Source of the DNA: Candidatus Omnitrophica bacterium CG11_big_fil_rev_8_21_14_0_20_63_9
GTDB taxonomy: Bacteria > Omnitrophota > Gorgyraeia > Aquiviventales > Aquiviventaceae
Direction: 5' to 3'
DNA: 46,329 nucleotides
Assembly (NCBI GenBank): GCA_002796105.1
Contig: PCVX01000023.1
Coordinates: 5,636-51,964, forward strand
Shown here: in pieces, positions 43,169 to 46,329 of the stretch
Layout: each line of letters starts with the position of its first letter
Position numbering within the stretch: position 1 is the first letter of the stretch
Program-made: the position numbers and the translations under genes
The notes under the pieces: generated by a model
What the model was told of the DNA's origin: nothing
The model's database searches: none
The model's input: only the letters and a program-made list of their open reading frames with translations

Positions 43169-43647
43169 TGTCGCAGTCAACACGGAAGAAGGTGAATGGC
43201 ATGAAAGGGCATAGGGGTCTGGCAGGTTTGTGGGTGTTCCTGGGCATGGTGGTGTGTGCTCCAGCAGCCTGGGCTGCGGACATTCAAGTCCAAGGGACGG
43301 TCAGCGACCCGCAAGCGACGGTGACCGTCAAGGTGGACAGCGGCAACCCGGCCAACGCGGAAGTGAACGGCAATACGTGGACGAGAGCCGTGAACGTTTC
43401 CGGTTCAGGCGTGCACACGATCACCGCTCGGGCAAGCCGACCTAACGGTACCGGCGGCCAAGACGTGGATGAGAAATCCATTACCATCGAGCTGCTTGCG
43501 CCACTGAGCATCACCATCACCAGTCCGATCAACGGAGCGGTGTGCAGCAGCGCCAATGGCCAGTGCAGTGGTGGTACTGCTCCGATCGGTGGCGGCGGCG
43601 GGGGCAGCGGGAGTGGCGGCACCGGCGGCGGGGGCAGCGGGTCGTAA
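43168..43647 (+). CDS. Small secreted Ig-like domain protein with Gly-rich tail
   Basis: GGAGG lies 6 nt upstream of ATG 43168 (TAATG overlap with the upstream gene). Signal ...LWVFLGMVVCAPAAWA|AD. ADIQVQGTVSDPQATVTVKV...HTITARAS... is paralogous to the N-terminal domain of the next protein. Confidence 0.7.
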   Translation: MSQSTRKKVNGMKGHRGLAGLWVFLGMVVCAPAAWAADIQVQGTVSDPQATVTVKVDSGNPANAEVNGNTWTRAVNVSGSGVHTITARASRPNGTGGQDVDEKSITIELLAPLSITITSPINGAVCSSANGQCSGGTAPIGGGGGGSGSGGTGGGGSGS

Positions 43648-43685
43648 GCTCTCGCCGTTATCACGTCAGGGCGTCATCTCACGAA

Positions 43686-43710
43686 GCTAGAGAGCGACAC
43701 GCTCTCTGGC
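43686..43710 (+). terminator. Strong hairpin after the small Ig-protein gene (possible terminator/processing site)
   Basis: GCTAGAGAGCG (43686-43696), loop ACA, CGCTCTCTGGC (43700-43710): 11 bp including one G-U. The downstream GGCTGGTTATTGGTATGTCTT is only moderately T-rich. Confidence 0.45.
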
Positions 43711-43741
43711 GGCTGGTTATTGGTATGTCTTGAGGAACCCT

Positions 43742-46329
43742 ATGGCACGCGTCATTGGTTGGCGAGTCATGGCATGGCTGCTTCCGGCTGCGCTCGTGGC
43801 GGCTGGAGCGGAGGCGGCTGATATCCGCGTCGAGGGGGTGGTCTCCGACACTGCGGCGACGGTGTCCGTCAACGGGCGCGCAGCGGCCGTGCAACCTGAC
43901 GGCCGCTACAGCGTCGGCGTGCCGCTCGCCGATGGGCCTGCGACGATCACGGCGACCGCGACCAACCGGCTTGGCGAGCAGGCCAGCCGCACCGTGCAGG
44001 TGACGATCGATTCCCAGCCGCCAGGACGCCAGGCCGGCTCACCCACCGGCACCCTTCCTTCGACCACCACCCAGACGACGCTTTCGCTGACCACGAACGA
44101 ACCGGCTGTCTGCCGGAGAGCCTCAATGGCCAACACCCCGTACAGTGCGATGACCTTATCCTTTACCGCGTCAGCGGATGGCCGCACGCATCAGGCGCTC
44201 CTCACCGGCCTGCAAGCCGGTGGAACATTGACCACGTATGTCCGGTGTGCGGACCAAGCGCAGAATGCGAACGCCGATGACTACGTGATCAGCTTCAGCA
44301 TCGCGGCGGCCAGCCCTCCGGTTCGTTCCAATGGGGCTCCAACCGGCACGCTGCCTGCCGGTACCACCCAGACGACGCTGTCGCTTTCGACCAACGAGCC
44401 TGCCACCTGCCAGTACGGTACGACACCGAATCAGCCGTACGGCGCTTTCACCACGCCGTTTGCCACGACCGGCGGGACGACACATTCCAGCTCTCTGACA
44501 GGCTTGGCGGGTGGCCAGAGCTATACGTACTACGTCCGGTGCAAGGATGCGGACAACCAGGTGAATACGGATGACTATGCGATCAGTTTTTCGGTGACTC
44601 AGGGCGATCCGCCGGACCCCAACAACCTCCTACTCAATCCGGGATTTGAGAGCGGAACCACGGCGCCGACACACTGGACCACGCAATCGTGGCAGGCGTC
44701 GCAAGGGTCGACTACATGCCAATTTTCTTTGGATGCCGTGAATCCGCATAGCGGCACCCGCAGCGCGAAAATACACTGTCCGGCCGGCGGATTGCCGGAT
44801 GACGCGAGCTGGGTACAGGCAGTGGCCGTCACCCCGAATACCGACTATATCCTGTCCGGATGGATCCGCGTCCAGGACGTGGAGCCGCAGCAGTTCGTCT
44901 TTGCGAACGATGTCGGAGCCAACATTTCATCGCCAAATCTCGCTAACGCGTTTCCGTCAACAACGTGGGGCACGACCGGATCGCTCTGGGTCCAGCGGCG
45001 TCTGCGGTTCAACACCGGTTCGCTGAGCTCGCTGAACATCGCGGCGCGGCTGGGATACTTTGCCAGCCTCACGACCGGAACCGCCTGGTTCGATGACCTG
45101 CGGCTGGAGCGCGCAATGACGCCGGTCGGCACGTTGAATCTGACGCAATTTGCCGTCACACCGCCCGGCACCGTTGATCTGGGAACGTTCGTCGATTTCA
45201 CCTATAGCGTGAGCGGGACAACGACCGGTTGGTTGACGTTCATCATCGACTGCGACGCGACGTCCTATTCGGCAGATGCGTTGTGGATCACATCGGAGCT
45301 GAGCGGCACCATCCCCAACGCCTGTCAGTACACGACGGCAGGGGCGCGGCAGGTCGTTGCATATCTCGAGCGCGACACGGTGCGAACATCCCGGTCGACT
45401 ACCGTCACGGCCGGGTCCGGCGGGACCAACCAGGCGCCGGTGGTCAGCATCAACGGCGCTGCCACGCGCACCGTGACAAAGGATCAATCATTCACGCTGA
45501 CCTCCACTGTGACGGATGACGGCAGGCCCAATCCGCCTGGAGCCTTGGTCTTTTCCTGGAGCGACGATGACGTCTTCAGCCCGCCGTCCGTCGAGTTTGC
45601 CACTCCGGGCTCGAAAGACACTAGCGTGACGATCCGCAGGACTGGGACCTATGTGCTTACGCTGTCAGCGTTTGACGGCGAGCGCGCAGGATATGATGCC
45701 GTGACGGTGACCGTGACTTCCTCCAGTGGGACCAATCAGGCTCCAACAGTCAATGTGGGCCTTGATGCTGCGGTGACGCTGCCGAACACCCTGGCGCTCA
45801 ACCCCACGGTGAGCGATGACGGCAAGCCGAACCCGCCGGCGGCGCTCACCTACAACTGGACAAAAGAGAGCGGACCAGGCACCGTCACGTTCAGCCCGAA
45901 TGCCACGACCAAGAACGTTACCGCGAGCTTCAGCGCATCTGGCACGTATGTGTTGAAGTTGACCGTCAGCGACAGTGCGCTCTCGGCGAGCGATACGCTG
46001 ACCGTCACCGTTCAGGGCTCCGGGGTCACGATTCCGCCTTGCACCTTCACCGGCCCGACGTCCGTGCAGGTGGAGGAGCGCTTCGGGGTGGGTTGGAACT
46101 GTCCAGCCCCGGCGACGGTCGTCCATTCCAGCGGTTGGGGAGCTCCGGGGTCAGATCCGACTCCGAGCGGCGGCACCGCGCCGATCGCACCGGATGTGCG
46201 TCCATTCGTTGGAGAAGGCGACTTCACCGGCGGCCCTGGGCTCTCAAGCGGCTGGGGGAGCTTCATGCGTTTGTCTGAACCCGGCGTTGCCCAGGTGACG
46301 CTGACGCCAAGGGATGCCGCAGGAAACCA
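43742..46329 (+). CDS. Large secreted multidomain protein (Ig-like, 2x ~100-aa Cys-containing repeat, CBM4/9-like module, further Ig/PKD-like modules); 3' end beyond window
   Basis: Hand translation of frame 2 from ATG 43742 gives MARVIGWRVMAWLLPAALVAAGAEA|ADIRVEGVVSD... with no stop up to nt 46329. It is absent from the ORF track because it lacks a stop. GAGGA lies 5 nt upstream. NLLLNPGFESG...W...AWFDDLRLE is a CBM4/9-type pattern. Two NQAP.V...DDG(R/K)PNPP... modules match those in 41354-43168. Confidence 0.8.
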   Translation, partial: MARVIGWRVMAWLLPAALVAAGAEAADIRVEGVVSDTAATVSVNGRAAAVQPDGRYSVGVPLADGPATITATATNRLGEQASRTVQVTIDSQPPGRQAGSPTGTLPSTTTQTTLSLTTNEPAVCRRASMANTPYSAMTLSFTASADGRTHQALLTGLQAGGTLTTYVRCADQAQNANADDYVISFSIAAASPPVRSNGAPTGTLPAGTTQTTLSLSTNEPATCQYGTTPNQPYGAFTTPFATTGGTTHSSSLTGLAGGQSYTYYVRCKDADNQVNTDDYAISFSVTQGDPPDPNNLLLNPGFESGTTAPTHWTTQSWQASQGSTTCQFSLDAVNPHSGTRSAKIHCPAGGLPDDASWVQAVAVTPNTDYILSGWIRVQDVEPQQFVFANDVGANISSPNLANAFPSTTWGTTGSLWVQRRLRFNTGSLSSLNIAARLGYFASLTTGTAWFDDLRLERAMTPVGTLNLTQFAVTPPGTVDLGTFVDFTYSVSGTTTGWLTFIIDCDATSYSADALWITSELSGTIPNACQYTTAGARQVVAYLERDTVRTSRSTTVTAGSGGTNQAPVVSINGAATRTVTKDQSFTLTSTVTDDGRPNPPGALVFSWSDDDVFSPPSVEFATPGSKDTSVTIRRTGTYVLTLSAFDGERAGYDAVTVTVTSSSGTNQAPTVNVGLDAAVTLPNTLALNPTVSDDGKPNPPAALTYNWTKESGPGTVTFSPNATTKNVTASFSASGTYVLKLTVSDSALSASDTLTVTVQGSGVTIPPCTFTGPTSVQVEERFGVGWNCPAPATVVHSSGWGAPGSDPTPSGGTAPIAPDVRPFVGEGDFTGGPGLSSGWGSFMRLSEPGVAQVTLTPRDAAGN

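Overview
GC-rich (roughly 60-65% G+C by eye) bacterial chromosomal segment. Every credible gene (about 55 CDS plus one tRNA) is on the + strand, and most junctions are <=20 nt or overlapping (ATGA/TAATG).

- nt 1-9926: distal spc operon plus alpha operon (rplN' rplX rplE rpsZ rpsH rplF rplR rpsE rplO secY adk map infA rpmJ rpsM rpsK rpsD rpoA rplQ). There is no rpmD.
- nt 9993-38302: housekeeping and envelope genes. In order: two class-I aminotransferases flanking an IDH-family dehydrogenase and lipA; a GT28/acyltransferase/GT2 trio; pcm; a TonB-like protein; rpsU; a double M16 peptidase; a Memo-family protein; DUF1844; rmuC; a Trm112-like protein; aroQ; efp; accB; accC; PFK; gmhA; rfaE2; a split thiE; tRNA-Gly(CCC); an NlpD-like lipoprotein; an ATPase with a restriction-endonuclease-like tail; HIT; a dGTPase-like HD protein; a lipoprotein; and a UvrD-type helicase fused to an Fe-S PD-(D/E)XK nuclease.
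- nt ~38303-38490: coding density breaks. A ~65-nt stretch of ~23% G+C (hand count), a candidate promoter and a terminator-like hairpin precede an accessory cluster.
- nt 38506 to window end: the accessory cluster. I cannot name a family for its first four products. It holds two translationally coupled small cytoplasmic proteins, then five consecutive signal-peptide proteins: a 64/65-residue tandem-repeat protein, a helical protein, an 8-blade PQQ-like beta-propeller with Ig/PKD-like modules, a small Ig-like protein, and a >860-aa multidomain protein that runs off the window and is missing from the ORF track.

This cluster is my best candidate for something undescribed, but I cannot assign it a function from sequence alone. 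I saw no CRISPR array, rRNA, transposase, integrase or phage genes. All homology statements come from motif recognition by eye, not from database searches.
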